From contig CAWCKH010000004.1 of assembly GCA_963796055.1 (NCBI GenBank), positions 3,264,001-3,328,000 on the forward strand: 64,000 nucleotides of DNA, read 5' to 3'. The translations under genes were made by a program, and so were the position numbers. The DNA is from an uncultured delta proteobacterium (lineage in GTDB: Bacteria > Myxococcota > Myxococcia > Myxococcales > Myxococcaceae). The notes beneath the pieces are model-generated. The model searched no databases and was not told where the DNA came from. It saw only the letters and a program-made list of their open reading frames with translations. Position 1 is the stretch's first letter; each line of letters begins with the position of its first letter. Positions 8,774 through 19,277 of this stretch are shown here, in pieces.

Positions 8774-10411
8774 GTGGCCTCCGGAGGAAACGGACGGGAC
8801 GTGCACGCCGAGCGCACCGCGGCGGTCCAGCGCATCGCCGCGCTTCCGGCCCGTGCCCGGCTGGATGCGCTGCTCGCCTCCCGGGACGCCGCAGCGCTCG
8901 TCCGGGCGCTTCCTCCCGAGCAGCTCTACGCCACGGTGGCCGAGGTGGGGCTCGCCGACGCGGCCGAGCTCGTCCAGCTCGCCTCACCCGGACAGTTCCA
9001 GTCGCTGGTGGACCTGGGGGCCTGGAAGCGCGACACGCTCGATCCGCACGGGCTGCTGGAGTGGCTGGGGGCGGCCCGGGGCGACGACACCGAGGCCTTC
9101 CTGCGCAAGGTGCACGGAATCGACCTCGAGCTGCTCGAGTCGATGCTCCGGGCCTTCACCGTGGTGCACGACCTCGAGGAGACGCCGGATCCTCCGGTGG
9201 AGGGCGTCACCCTCGACTCCGCGGACGGGCGTTACCGCATCGAGCTGAAAGTCGAAGGCGCCGAGCAGGCGGCGCTCCGCGCGCTGCTGATGGATCTCAT
9301 GGGCGAGGACCCCTTCGCCTTCAGCCGGCTGATGGAGGCCATCCGCTGGGAACTGCCGACCGAGCTCGAGGAGGGGGCGCTGCGCTTCCGCTGGGCGCGG
9401 CTGGCCGATCTCGGCTTTCCCGATCCCGAGGCGGCCGCGGGGCTGTACGCGGCGGTCCGGTTGCCCCCGGCCCCGGCGTCGAGCGCGTCCGGCCAGCTGG
9501 CCGAGCGCGGCGGGCGGCAGGTCGACTTCGTCCAGGCGGCGCTCGAGGGCCTCGACCCGGTGGAGGCGGAGAACGCCCTGGAGGAGCTGCGTGGCGTCTT
9601 CAACGCCGCGCTGGTGGCGGACGGGGCCGACCCCGGGGATCTCGACGCCTTTCGCGCCGCCGCCGAGCGGGCGCGCGACACCCTGAACCTGGGCCTGGAG
9701 TACCTGACCGGGGGAGACCCGCGCCGGGCGCCTGCGGTGGTGCGCGAGACGCCGTTCCGCCAGGTGTTCCAGACCGGCTTCTCCCTCGGGCTCCGGCTCC
9801 GTCACCGCGCCGACCGGCTCGCGGCCCGTCCCCTGGCCCGGGTGGACGGCCAATGGATGCTCTGGCCGGAGCAAGCCGCAGTGCTCACCGCGCTCCGGCG
9901 CGCGCGCCCGATGCGGGCGCTGCCGGTCGAGGGCGCCGAGTCGGTGCCGTTCCGGTCGGTGGCGGAGATCCGGCAGGCGGAACAGGAGCTCTCTCGCGCC
10001 GAGCAGCAGCAGGCGCTCCTCGCGGCGCTGCTCGGAGGGACCGAGGAGCGCGCCCGCGCGGCGCTGGGGGGCCTCGGCCCGGCCTGGCCAGCAGGGGGCA
10101 CGCCGGCGCTGCTCGCGGCCGCGGTGGCCCACGTGCTCCTCGACGGCAGCCCCCGCATCGCGCCCGTGCCGGCCGGCCGTACACAGGAGCTCGGCCGCGT
10201 CTTCCTCGCCTCAGGAGCGCCCCGGACGGTGCGGCCCGAGGCGGTCCAGCGGGCCGGGACAACCCTCGCGTCTGTGGAGCCGGGCGACGAGGCGCCCCGG
10301 TTGGCCCGGCAGGTGCTCGAGCGGCTGGCAGACGAGATCGGCGAGGCCCTGCTTGCTGGCCCGCTTCCCGTCGAGACCCAGACGACCTTGCCCTGGGCGG
10401 ATCGGCTGTAG
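8774..10411 (+). CDS. Conserved hypothetical protein (resembles DUF6178 family)
   Basis: Long helical ORF with strong coding bias; QFQSLVDLGAW and RWARLADLGFP motifs. Family assignment is from recall; start could be 8774 or 8801. Confidence 0.65.
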   Translation: MASGGNGRDVHAERTAAVQRIAALPARARLDALLASRDAAALVRALPPEQLYATVAEVGLADAAELVQLASPGQFQSLVDLGAWKRDTLDPHGLLEWLGAARGDDTEAFLRKVHGIDLELLESMLRAFTVVHDLEETPDPPVEGVTLDSADGRYRIELKVEGAEQAALRALLMDLMGEDPFAFSRLMEAIRWELPTELEEGALRFRWARLADLGFPDPEAAAGLYAAVRLPPAPASSASGQLAERGGRQVDFVQAALEGLDPVEAENALEELRGVFNAALVADGADPGDLDAFRAAAERARDTLNLGLEYLTGGDPRRAPAVVRETPFRQVFQTGFSLGLRLRHRADRLAARPLARVDGQWMLWPEQAAVLTALRRARPMRALPVEGAESVPFRSVAEIRQAEQELSRAEQQQALLAALLGGTEERARAALGGLGPAWPAGGTPALLAAAVAHVLLDGSPRIAPVPAGRTQELGRVFLASGAPRTVRPEAVQRAGTTLASVEPGDEAPRLARQVLERLADEIGEALLAGPLPVETQTTLPWADRL

Positions 10412-10501
10412 AAACGACAGCCTCGACCGTCTGGTCGCCGCGGGCGCGCGAGCAATTTCGCGGCGCTGGGACTGGCACATGCGCTGCTCCCGCGCCTCCC
10501 G

Positions 10502-11800
10502 ATGATGCGGACCCGACGGCCGGAGGGGGAGGGGGAGTCCCGGGCGTGGGCGCTCGCGGAGCGTCGTGACCGCTGGGCGTTCCTGCTCCTGGCGGCCTTC
10601 TGCGTGCAGATCTACGCGGCGCCCGCCGAGTGGATCCCCGCGGTGGCCCCGCTGCGGCTGGCGCTGTCGCTGAGCTTCGGGGCGCTGGGGCTGCTCTTGC
10701 TGGAGCACGCAGGGCGCCGTCTCCCCCTGCACTGGGACGGGGTGCGGGGCGCCGCGCTGGCGGCCTTCCTGGTCTGGGCTGCGTCCTCGCGCCTGTGGAG
10801 CATCGCTCCACACGAGACGGAGGCCTGGCTGGTCGTGCTGGTCAAGGTGGCGCTGGCCTGGCTCCTGGTGGTCAACCTCGCAACCACGCCGCGGCGGCTG
10901 GCCATCCTCTGCCTCTGCCTGGTGGCCGGCTCCCTGGTCACCTCCATCGGCGGCATTCTCCGCTACCTGTCGGGCGAGGAGCTCTCCCAGGGGTTCCGGA
11001 CGCTCTGGCTGGGCGTCTACGGCGACCCGAACTACCTGGCCGAGTACCTAGCCCTCACCGTCCCGCTGGCGGGGGCCTTCGTCGCCCGGCCAGCGATGGG
11101 GCCGTGGATCCGACTGCTCTGCGCCCTGGCGCTGCTCCTGGCCGTCATCTGCATCGTCCTCACCTTCTCCCGCGGTGGCTTTCTGGGCCTCGTCTTCGGC
11201 GGTCTGGTGTGGGCCCTGCGCGAGCGCGCGCAGCGCGCCAAGGCGCTGGCGCTCTCGGCGGCCCTGGCGGTGGGGGTGGCCATCTTCGCCCCGGCGACCT
11301 ACTGGGAGCGGAACGACACCCTCGAGGAGTTCGAGCAGGACCCATCGGCGCTGGGGCGGGTCTATGCCTGGCAGGTGGCCTCGTCGGCCAACCTCGACCA
11401 CCCGCTCCGGGGCGTGGGCGGCGGCGCGTTCCGGGAGGCCTGGCCTCTGTACGCGCCGCCCGAGGTCCGCGAGCACCCGCTGGTGGCCCACAACATCTTC
11501 CTCGACACGCTGGGCGAGCTGGGCTGGGTGGGGTTCTTCCTCTTCCTGAGCTTCGCCGGGAGCGCCACGGGCGCGGTGTTCCGCGCCGGGCAGGACCCGG
11601 GCATCGGCTGGCTCGCGCGGGGCATCGGGGCGAGCGTGGCCGGTTTCCTGCTCTGCAATTGCTTCTCGGGCTCGCTCGCCGCGCCGCAGCTCTTCGTTCT
11701 CTTCGGGCTGGCAGGGGCGACCGAGCGGGTGGCGGCGCGGGAGGAGCTCCTCGAGTCCGGGCCCGCCCGACCGGCGATGGCGACCTCGTGGGGTGGGTGA
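10502..11800 (+). CDS. O-antigen ligase / Wzy_C family membrane protein
   Basis: Multiple TM helices; GDPNYLA, TFSRGGFLG, PLRGVGGGAF and AHNIFLDTLGELGWVG motifs. Confidence 0.88.
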   Translation: MMRTRRPEGEGESRAWALAERRDRWAFLLLAAFCVQIYAAPAEWIPAVAPLRLALSLSFGALGLLLLEHAGRRLPLHWDGVRGAALAAFLVWAASSRLWSIAPHETEAWLVVLVKVALAWLLVVNLATTPRRLAILCLCLVAGSLVTSIGGILRYLSGEELSQGFRTLWLGVYGDPNYLAEYLALTVPLAGAFVARPAMGPWIRLLCALALLLAVICIVLTFSRGGFLGLVFGGLVWALRERAQRAKALALSAALAVGVAIFAPATYWERNDTLEEFEQDPSALGRVYAWQVASSANLDHPLRGVGGGAFREAWPLYAPPEVREHPLVAHNIFLDTLGELGWVGFFLFLSFAGSATGAVFRAGQDPGIGWLARGIGASVAGFLLCNCFSGSLAAPQLFVLFGLAGATERVAAREELLESGPARPAMATSWGG

Positions 11801-12273
11801 TGGCGATCGGTGGGCGGTGGAAGGAATGGGGAGAGACGCTCGCGCCGGCGGCGCTGGCCGCGGTGGCGCTCGGCCTGGATCTCGCGGAGGACGGCGAATC
11901 CTTCGTCCACGCCGCGGCGCTGGGGCTGGTCGCTCTGGCGGCGGCGCTGAGCGGGGCGGCGGCGGTGGTGAGCCTGGGGCGCTTCGGACCGTCGAGCCTC
12001 GGGCGGCGGTTCTCGCTCTGGCGCGCCTGCGGGCTGCTGGCGGCCGCGGGATGCTTCGGCCTCGCGCTGGTGGAGCGGCACGGAGCTCCGCGCCTGGCGG
12101 CCGACGCGACCTTGCAGCTGACGGTGCTCGGCGGCGCCTGGGCGCTGCTCACCGGCTGGGTGTGGGGACGGCGGAGCTGGGGACGGATGTCCGCCAGGCT
12201 CGCGGAGGAGGCCCGGGAGCAGGCGCCGCCGCGCGCCGCGCGCTGGACCGGCCAGGAGATCGGGGTGGGGTGA
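11800..12273 (+). CDS. Small membrane protein, hypothetical
   Basis: ATG overlaps the upstream TGA; about 4 hydrophobic segments. Confidence 0.6.
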   Translation: MAIGGRWKEWGETLAPAALAAVALGLDLAEDGESFVHAAALGLVALAAALSGAAAVVSLGRFGPSSLGRRFSLWRACGLLAAAGCFGLALVERHGAPRLAADATLQLTVLGGAWALLTGWVWGRRSWGRMSARLAEEAREQAPPRAARWTGQEIGVG

Positions 12274-12302
12274 GCGATGCTGGTGGTCCGCGGAGAGAGC
12301 CT

Positions 12303-13425
12303 CTACGACCTGGAGACCTCGCCCGAGATGGAGGATGGGGTGGCACCCATGGTCGGTGAGCCGCCGCGCGACGAGGAGCGGGATCGCAGGGCGGAGAGCG
12401 AACCGAGGCCGCGGACCCTCAGCCGGGCCCGGAGCTCCGCGAGCAGCCTGGGGACGAGGAACGGGCCCTCGTAGACGAATGCGGTGTAGATCTGGACCAG
12501 GTCCGCGCCGGCCTCGAGCCGCTCGAGCACGTCGTCGGCAGTGAAGACGCCGCCGGACGCCCAGAGCGCGAGCCGGCCCCGGGCCCGCGCCGCTGCCCGG
12601 CGAAGCGTCTCCAGCGCCAGGGGGGCGAGCGGGGCGCCCGAGAGACCACCCGCCTCGGCAGCCAGCGGACCGGTGAGGCCCGGACGGGCCAGCGTGGTGT
12701 TGGTGCAGATGAGGCCCGCGATGCCCACCTCGACCGCCACGTCGACGATGGCGTCGACCTCCTCCGGCGCGAGGTCGGGCGCAACTTTCAGGAGAAGCGG
12801 CTTTCCGGGCGCGACCGCCTCGAGCCGCGCCTTGACGGCCCAGAGCAGCGCGCGCAGCGGCTCCGATTGCTGAAGTTGCCGGAGCCCGGGCGTGTTGGGT
12901 GAGCTGGCGTTGACGACCACGTAGTCGGCGAGCGGCCCGAGCGCCTCGACGCCGGCCAGGTAGTCGTCCACCGCGCGCTCCAGCGGGGTGTCCTTGTTCT
13001 TTCCCAGGTTCACCCCCACCGGCCCGGCCCGGCGGCCGAGCGCCGCGGAGCCGGGCCGCCATCGCCTCGGCGCCGTGGTTGTTGAACCCCATCCGGTTGA
13101 CCAGCGCTCGGGCCTCGGGAATGCGGAACAGCCGAGGCGCCGGATTCCCGGGCTGCGGCCGCGGCGTCACCGTTCCGACCTCGACCCCGGCGAACCCCGC
13201 GCCGAAGAAGCCGGCCACGGCCTCGGCGTCCTTGTCGAACCCGGCGGCGAGCACCACGGGATGCTCGAAGCGGAGCCCCGCGCTGGTCACCGACAGGTCG
13301 GGTCCGCCGGCGGGGAGCGAGGGAGCGGAGCGGACCGTCCCCAGCACCCGGAGCGCGGCCATCCCGAGCGCATGGGCGCGCTCGGGAGGGAGGAGGAACA
13401 GCCCGCGCTTGAGGAGTCCGTACAC
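12303..13425 (-). CDS. pyrD: Quinone-dependent dihydroorotate dehydrogenase (apparent +1 frameshift near 13043, probably a sequence error)
   Basis: AAGFDK, EVGTVTPRPQPGNP.PRLFR and NRMGFNN in one frame; GVNLGKNK, NASSPNTPGLR, KVAPD, TNTT and GGLSG in another. Removing one base gives LRALGRRAGPVGVNL. Confidence 0.92.
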
Positions 13426-13448
13426 GCGCCCTCGGCGACTACCACGCT

Positions 13449-14441
13449 TCAGGGGATGAAGGAGTACTCGCGCGCCCAGGCCAGAGCCTGGTCGACCTGC
13501 GCCGGGGTCATGATCCCGTGCTTCTCCACCAGCGCCACCTCGGACTGCATGTCGGTCTCGAGGAGATAGGGGCCGTCGGTGTTCAAGGTCACCTTCACCC
13601 GTCGGTCGAGGAAGGTCTGGACGATCTGCCTCAGCTCCTCCACTCCGCTCACCGCGTGGGTGTGGAGGTTGGAGGTCGGGCAGAGCTCCAGCACCACGTC
13701 CTGCTCCCGGAGCAGCTTCATCGCCGACTCGTCGTAGGCGGCGCGGATGCCGTGGCCGATGCGGTGCGGCCGGAGCCGGTCCACCACCGCCATCACCCCT
13801 TCGGCCCCGGTGCCGTGGGTCTCACCGGTGTGGACCGTCGTCTTCAGGCCCGCCGCCCGGGCGCGCTGGAACAGGTCCTCGTAGACGCCGACCTGGTCGC
13901 GGTCGAGCTCGAGGGCCCGGGTCTCGGTCCCGGCGAGGTCGATGCCCACCACCCCCCGATGCCGGTAGCGGATCGCCTTTTCCAGGATGATGGAGTTGAG
14001 CCGGTGGTCGAACTCTCGGGCCAGACAGAAGATCAGCCCCGCCCGGACGCCGTACTCGAGCGTGGCCCGATCCATCCCCCGCAGCGCGGCGTGGATGATG
14101 TGGTCCAGGTCCAGGGTGGAGTCGAGGTTGCGCTTCATCGGGTTGAAGCGCAGCTCGATCTGGGTCACCCGGCTGCCGCGGAACTCCTTCCCGATGACCT
14201 CGTAGACGCTCCGCTCGATGGCCATGGGCGAGCTCTGAATCTTCTCGGTCCAGGTGTGCATGATGTGGAGGTAGTCGTCGAGGTTGGAGACGTTCTCCGG
14301 CCGGGCGGTGATCATCTCCACGAACTCGAAGTAGTTCTTGGTCGGAAGCTTGAAGCCCTGGCTGTGGGCCAGCGACCAGAGCACGTGCGGGGCCACCGCT
14401 CCGCCCACGTGGATGTGCAGGTCGATGAGCTCGCGGGCCAT
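13449..14441 (-). CDS. Adenosine/AMP deaminase family protein
   Basis: [37 protein letters not shown] and NTDGP motifs. Confidence 0.88.
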   Translation of the reverse strand: MARELIDLHIHVGGAVAPHVLWSLAHSQGFKLPTKNYFEFVEMITARPENVSNLDDYLHIMHTWTEKIQSSPMAIERSVYEVIGKEFRGSRVTQIELRFNPMKRNLDSTLDLDHIIHAALRGMDRATLEYGVRAGLIFCLAREFDHRLNSIILEKAIRYRHRGVVGIDLAGTETRALELDRDQVGVYEDLFQRARAAGLKTTVHTGETHGTGAEGVMAVVDRLRPHRIGHGIRAAYDESAMKLLREQDVVLELCPTSNLHTHAVSGVEELRQIVQTFLDRRVKVTLNTDGPYLLETDMQSEVALVEKHGIMTPAQVDQALAWAREYSFIP

Positions 14442-14491
14442 GGCCCTCCCGAGGCTACCAGGCCCGGCCGGCTCGTGTAGTGTGCCGCGAC

Positions 14492-15346
14492 ATGGCGGCG
14501 ACACTCATCGACGGCAAGGCCATCGCCCAGAAGGTCCGGCAGGAGGTGGCCGAGGGCACCCGCGCGCTCAAGGCGCGGACCGGCCGGGTCCCCGGACTGG
14601 CGGTCATCCGGGTGGGCGAGGATCCGGCGAGCAAGATCTACGTGACGGGCAAGCAGAAGGCCGCGGCCGAGGTCGGCTTCGATTCCAGCGAGCACCACTT
14701 CCCGGAGACCGCGACCCATGCCGAGGTGCAGGCCCGGCTCGAGGCGCTCAACGCCGACCCGGCCGTCCACGGCATCCTGGTCCAGCTGCCGGTCCCGAAG
14801 CAGGTGAACTCGGACCTGCTGCTCCGGCTCCTCCGCCCGGAGAAGGACGCCGACGGCCTTCACCCGATGAACGCCGGTCTCCTCGCCCAGGGACGGGAGG
14901 CCACCGTTGCCTGCACCCCGTGGGGCGTGATGCGGATGCTCCAGGAGATCGGCTGCAAGCCCGCCGGCAAGCGCGCGGTGGTGGTGGGCCGCAGCATCCT
15001 GGTGGGCCGGCCCATGGCGCTGTTGCTCCTGAACGCCGACGCCACGGTGACGGTCTGTCACCGCAAGAGCAACCTCCCCGAGGAGGTGGCCCGGGCGGAC
15101 ATCCTGGTCGCCGCGGTGGGCGTCCCGGAGCTGATCAAGGGCGCCTGGGTGAAGCCCGGGGCGGTGGTCATCGACGTGGGCGTCAACCGTCTTCCCACCG
15201 GCAAGCTGGTGGGGGACGTGGAGTTCGCCGCCGCTGCCGAGCGCGCCTCGTTCATCACCCCGGTGCCGGGCGGGGTGGGGCCGATGACCATCGCCATGCT
15301 GCTCTCCAACACGCTCCGCAACGCCCGGGCGTTGCTCGGGGGCTGA
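14492..15346 (+). CDS. folD: Methylene-THF dehydrogenase/cyclohydrolase
   Basis: [44 protein letters not shown]. Confidence 0.97.
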   Translation: MAATLIDGKAIAQKVRQEVAEGTRALKARTGRVPGLAVIRVGEDPASKIYVTGKQKAAAEVGFDSSEHHFPETATHAEVQARLEALNADPAVHGILVQLPVPKQVNSDLLLRLLRPEKDADGLHPMNAGLLAQGREATVACTPWGVMRMLQEIGCKPAGKRAVVVGRSILVGRPMALLLLNADATVTVCHRKSNLPEEVARADILVAAVGVPELIKGAWVKPGAVVIDVGVNRLPTGKLVGDVEFAAAAERASFITPVPGGVGPMTIAMLLSNTLRNARALLGG

Positions 15347-15355
15347 GGCGGCGGG

Positions 15356-16243
15356 ATGGACCAGCTCGACGCGATCCTCCACCGGGTCCTCCTCCGACTG
15401 TCGGGAACCGAGGTCACGCCGCTCTCGCTCCTGATCTTCCTCGGGACGGTGGCGCTCGCGGTCGTCCTGGGCCAGCTCGCCCGTCGCGCGGTGAGCAGGT
15501 TCTTCCTCCGCCGAGGCGGGAGCGCCCAGGAGGGGATGGCCTACGCCCTGGGTCGCATCCTCCAGTACCTGGTGGTGACCCTGGGGGTCATGATGGCCCT
15601 CGACACCGTGGGGTTCTCGATCAAGTCGCTCGCCGCCGCCGGGGCGGTGGTGGCGGTGGGGATCGGGTTCGGGCTGCAGAACATCGCTCAGAACTTCGCC
15701 AGCGGCATCATCCTCCTGATCGAGCGGCCCGTGCAGAAGGGAGACTTCATCAACGTCGGCGACACCGTCGGAACGGTGGAGGACATCGCCATGCGCGCGA
15801 CTCGGATCCTCACCCGGGATGGTGTGCAGATCATCGTCCCCAACAGCGAGCTGGTCTCGGGGCGGGTGGTCAACCGGAGCGCGCCCACGACGCGGTCGCG
15901 GGTCCGGGTCACGGTGGGGGTGGCCTACGGGAGTGACACCGAGAGGGTCCGGCGGACGCTCCTGGCGGTGGCTGCCGGCGACACCCGGGTCCTGCGCGAG
16001 CCCACGCCCACCGTGTTCTTCAAGGAGTTCGGCGACAGTGCCCTGATCTTCGATCTCGCGGTGTGGATCGACACTCCTCAGCTCGAGTTCGTCATCACCA
16101 GCGATCTCCGCTTCGCCATCGACCGGGCCTTCAGGGAGGCGGAGCTGGTGATCGCCTTCCCTCAGCGGGATCTCCACCTGGTCTCGGGGCTCGAGGGCCT
16201 GGTGGCGGCGCTCTCCGGGGATCGCCCACCCCGGGAGCAGTGA
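15356..16243 (+). CDS. mscS: Small-conductance mechanosensitive channel family protein
   Basis: GIGFGLQNIAQNFASG, GDFINVG, VGVAYGSD and IAFPQRDLH motifs. Confidence 0.9.
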   Translation: MDQLDAILHRVLLRLSGTEVTPLSLLIFLGTVALAVVLGQLARRAVSRFFLRRGGSAQEGMAYALGRILQYLVVTLGVMMALDTVGFSIKSLAAAGAVVAVGIGFGLQNIAQNFASGIILLIERPVQKGDFINVGDTVGTVEDIAMRATRILTRDGVQIIVPNSELVSGRVVNRSAPTTRSRVRVTVGVAYGSDTERVRRTLLAVAAGDTRVLREPTPTVFFKEFGDSALIFDLAVWIDTPQLEFVITSDLRFAIDRAFREAELVIAFPQRDLHLVSGLEGLVAALSGDRPPREQ

Positions 16244-16342
16244 GCGCCGAGCGGCGCACCGTTCCGCACCTCGGGGCCGCGGGATCGTTGCCGCGCGCGT
16301 GGCCCGATTCGGTACCTTCGCCAGGAAACCACGGAGGTCACC

Positions 16343-17164
16343 ATGCGCGCGTTGCTCCCCGTCGTCCTCGGTGTGTCCCTGCTCCTCGGCTGCGTCTCGT
16401 CCGGCGAGTACGAGAAGAAGGTTTCCGAGCTGCAGAAACAGTCTGCCACCCTCGCCGAGACGGAGAAGGCGCTCGGCGAGGCCACTGCGGAGCGCGACGC
16501 GCTCAGAAAGCAGCTCGACGACAGCACCGCCCTGGTGGGCCAGCTGAAGCAGAAGCTGGAGAAGCTCGGACAGAACGTGGACCGTCTCGCTGGCGAGAAG
16601 GGCCAGCTCTCGACCACCCTCGCCGACGCGAAGCTCCGGCTGGACGAGCTGCGAAAGCAGGAGGCGGCGGCAGAGGCCCGCGCGACCACCTTCCGCGCGC
16701 TGGTGCAGCGGCTCCACGCGATGATCGACTCGGGTCAGCTCAAGGTGGTGATCCGCAACGGTCAGATGCTGATCGACCTGCCCAACGACGTGCTCTTCGA
16801 TTCAGGCCGGGTGGACATCAAGCCGGCGGGCAAAGCCGCGCTCGCCCAGGTGGCCCAGGCGCTCTCCGCGATTCCAGACCGCGAGTTCGTGGTGGCCGGC
16901 CACACCGACAACGTCCCCATCCACAGCGCGCGCTTCCCCTCGAACTGGGAGCTCTCCACCGCGCGGGCGGTCGAGGTGGTCAACTTCCTGGTGGCAAACG
17001 GGATGAAGCCCGAGGTCCTGGCAGCGTCCGGTTACGGCGAGTTCTCCCCGGTGGCGGCGAACGACTCCACCGAGAACCGGGCGCTGAACCGCCGGATTGA
17101 GATCGTGCTCCAGCCGAACCTCTCGGAGCTCCCGGCACTGAACGTCGCCCAGACCGGCAGCTGA
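16343..17164 (+). CDS. OmpA/MotB-family lipoprotein with coiled coil
   Basis: GGAGG RBS, LLG-C lipobox, coiled coil, then VLFDSG, GHTDN, NWELSTARA and NRRIEI peptidoglycan-binding motifs. Confidence 0.9.
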   Translation: MRALLPVVLGVSLLLGCVSSGEYEKKVSELQKQSATLAETEKALGEATAERDALRKQLDDSTALVGQLKQKLEKLGQNVDRLAGEKGQLSTTLADAKLRLDELRKQEAAAEARATTFRALVQRLHAMIDSGQLKVVIRNGQMLIDLPNDVLFDSGRVDIKPAGKAALAQVAQALSAIPDREFVVAGHTDNVPIHSARFPSNWELSTARAVEVVNFLVANGMKPEVLAASGYGEFSPVAANDSTENRALNRRIEIVLQPNLSELPALNVAQTGS

Positions 17165-17169
17165 GTCGC

Positions 17170-17406
17170 CGCGCGGGGCTCGTCCGTCGGGTGCGCGGGC
17201 AAGCCCACCGGCGGCGCGTGCTCGTGGAACCGATTCCGCAGCGCCTGAACGAGGCCCGCCGCCGGTTCGCATCGAGTCAGCGCTCATTGGAGCGCCTCTA
17301 CCAGCTCTATTCCGACCAAGCGCTGGCCGTCCTCGCCGACTTCTTCGCCCGAAATGCAGAGCGGCTGCGAATGGAGACCAAGAAGCTCGCCGATGACCAC
17401 CCGTAG
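17170..17406 (+). pseudogene. C-terminal remnant of a MarR-family regulator
   Basis: In-frame RAGLVRRVRGQAHRRRVLVEP...YSDQALAVLADFF matches the MarR wing and C-terminal helices; no room for the N-terminal HTH before the ompA/motB stop. Confidence 0.55.
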
Positions 17407-17465
17407 GGTGCTCTCCGCCGCCCAGCCTGTCGGCGAGTCCGCAGGCTGCTATGAGGAGGGCCGAC

Positions 17466-18299
17466 ATGCTCGCGCTCCTGCTCCCTTACGTGGAGCTGCC
17501 GGATCTCCACCTCTTCGGTCTCACCATTCACCCCTTCGGCATCTTCGCCGCCATCGGCGTCTACGCCGGCGCGGTGCTCACCGTCCGTGCGGGGCGGGTG
17601 TACGGGCCGGGGGACACCAAGTCGCTGTCGGAGGTCTTCACCTGGGCCCTCCTCGGGGGGCTCCTCGGCGCGCACCTGCTCCACGTCCTCGGCTACCACC
17701 CCGAGCTGCTCCGCACGCAGGGACCACTGGTGCTGCTCAAGATCTGGGACGGGGTCTCCTCGATGGGCGGAGTCCTCGGCGGGATGGCGGGCATCGCCGC
17801 CTACTTCTGGCGGAAGGGGCTGCGGATCCGCCCCTACTGGGACGCCCTGGCCCTCGGCACCGCCCCGGGCTGGGCCATCGCCCGCATCGGCTGCGCGGTG
17901 GTGCACGACCACCCGGGGGTGCGGAGCAATGCCTGGTTCGCCGTGGCCTTCCCGGACGGGCCCCGGCTGGACATGGGGCTCGTGGACCTCGTGGTGCTCA
18001 CCGTCATCACCGTCGTGCTCTACCTCCTGGCGCGCCGGAAGCGTCCCGAGGGGGTGATCATGGGCGTGCTCGCCATCTCCTACTCGGTCCCGCGCTTCTT
18101 CCTCGACTTCCTCCGGGCCCAGGATCTGCCGTTCGTCGACGGGCGCATCCTGGGCCTCACCCCGGCGCAGTGGATCACCCCGGTGCTCGCCGCGGCCGGC
18201 GTTTACCTGCTCCTCACCGCTCGGCGGGCACGCCCCCAGTCTGCCGCCACCGAGCAGCCTGCCGTGAATTCCCCGATCGGCGAGAGCCGCGCAGGCTAG
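17466..18299 (+). CDS. lgt: Prolipoprotein diacylglyceryl transferase family
   Basis: GAGGAG RBS; KIWDGVSSMGG, ARIGC, RFFLDFLR and GLTPAQW motifs. Confidence 0.85.
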   Translation: MLALLLPYVELPDLHLFGLTIHPFGIFAAIGVYAGAVLTVRAGRVYGPGDTKSLSEVFTWALLGGLLGAHLLHVLGYHPELLRTQGPLVLLKIWDGVSSMGGVLGGMAGIAAYFWRKGLRIRPYWDALALGTAPGWAIARIGCAVVHDHPGVRSNAWFAVAFPDGPRLDMGLVDLVVLTVITVVLYLLARRKRPEGVIMGVLAISYSVPRFFLDFLRAQDLPFVDGRILGLTPAQWITPVLAAAGVYLLLTARRARPQSAATEQPAVNSPIGESRAG

Positions 18300-19197
18300 G
18301 GCGGAGCGCTCGGGACCTCAGCCGGCGCGGCGCCGCGTCCGCGGAGTGCGCTGACGATGAGCCGCGTCGCGGGGCTCTTGTTCAAGGTGTAGAAGTGGAT
18401 GCCCGGGACGCCGCGGGCGAGAAGCTCCATGCACTGCACCGTGGCGTGTGCGACGCCCAGCTGCACCACCGCGTCCGGGTCGTCCTTGTACCGCTCCAGC
18501 TGCAGCACCAGCCGCATCGGCACCGTCGCCCCGCACAGCCGGACGAAGCGCTCCAGCTGCTCGATGTTGGTGATGGGCATGATGCCCGGGACGATGGGCA
18601 CGTTGATGCCCACCCGGCGGGCCCGCTCCACGAAGTCGAAGTAGAAGGCGTTGTCGAAGAAGAGCTGGGTGATGACGAAGTCCAGCCCGGCGTCCACCTT
18701 CGCCTTGAGGTGCCGCAGATCGTCGTCCCGGAGCGGCGTCTCCACGTGCCCCTCCGGATAGCCCGCCCCGCCGATGCAGAGGTGGTGATCGCGCTCGCGG
18801 ATGAAACGCACCAGCTCGGCGGCGTAGCGGAAGCCGCCGGGTGCGGCGTGGAACTCGCGCTCGCCGACGGGCGGATCGCCCCGGAGCGCGAGGATGTTCT
18901 CCACCCCCATCTGTAGAAATTCCTCCACCAGCGCCCCCAGCTCCTCGCGGGAGTGGCCTACGCAGGTGAGGTGGGCCATCGTCTCGAGCCCGGTGGCGCG
19001 GATCTCCCGCACCAGCTCCACGGTGCGGTCCCGGGTGCTTCCCCCGGCGCCGTAGGTGACCGAGACGAAGCCCGGGTCCAGCGGGCGGAGGTCCTCCACC
19101 GTGCGGAGGAGCGCGCGCCGGCCCTCCTCGGTCCTGGGGGGAAGAATTCGAAGGAGAAGCAGGGGTCCGAGGGGTTGAGCCGGTTGCGGATCTTCAT
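18296..19197 (-). CDS. metF: 5,10-methylenetetrahydrofolate reductase (apparent -1 frameshift in the homopolymer at 19136-19141)
   Basis: SFEFFPP in one frame; VSVTYGAGG, AHLTC, LALRGD, ITQLFFD and HFYTLN in another. One extra C restores FFPPRTEEG. Confidence 0.93.
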
Positions 19198-19277
19198 CGC
19201 GCCTTGAAGGGACACTCTAGCTCAGCCTTGATCCCCCTCCGCGGTGTGGGGTAGTCCGGGCCGCCCGAGCTCGACCC

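Noticed and set aside
12277..12474. Small + strand ORF after the membrane gene
   Set aside because: It overlaps the pyrD 3' end by about 170 nt and has no recognisable motif; it cannot be supported.
19198..19277. Glycine or SAM riboswitch between the divergent metF and gcvT
   Set aside because: The gap is only 80 nt and has no aptamer consensus.
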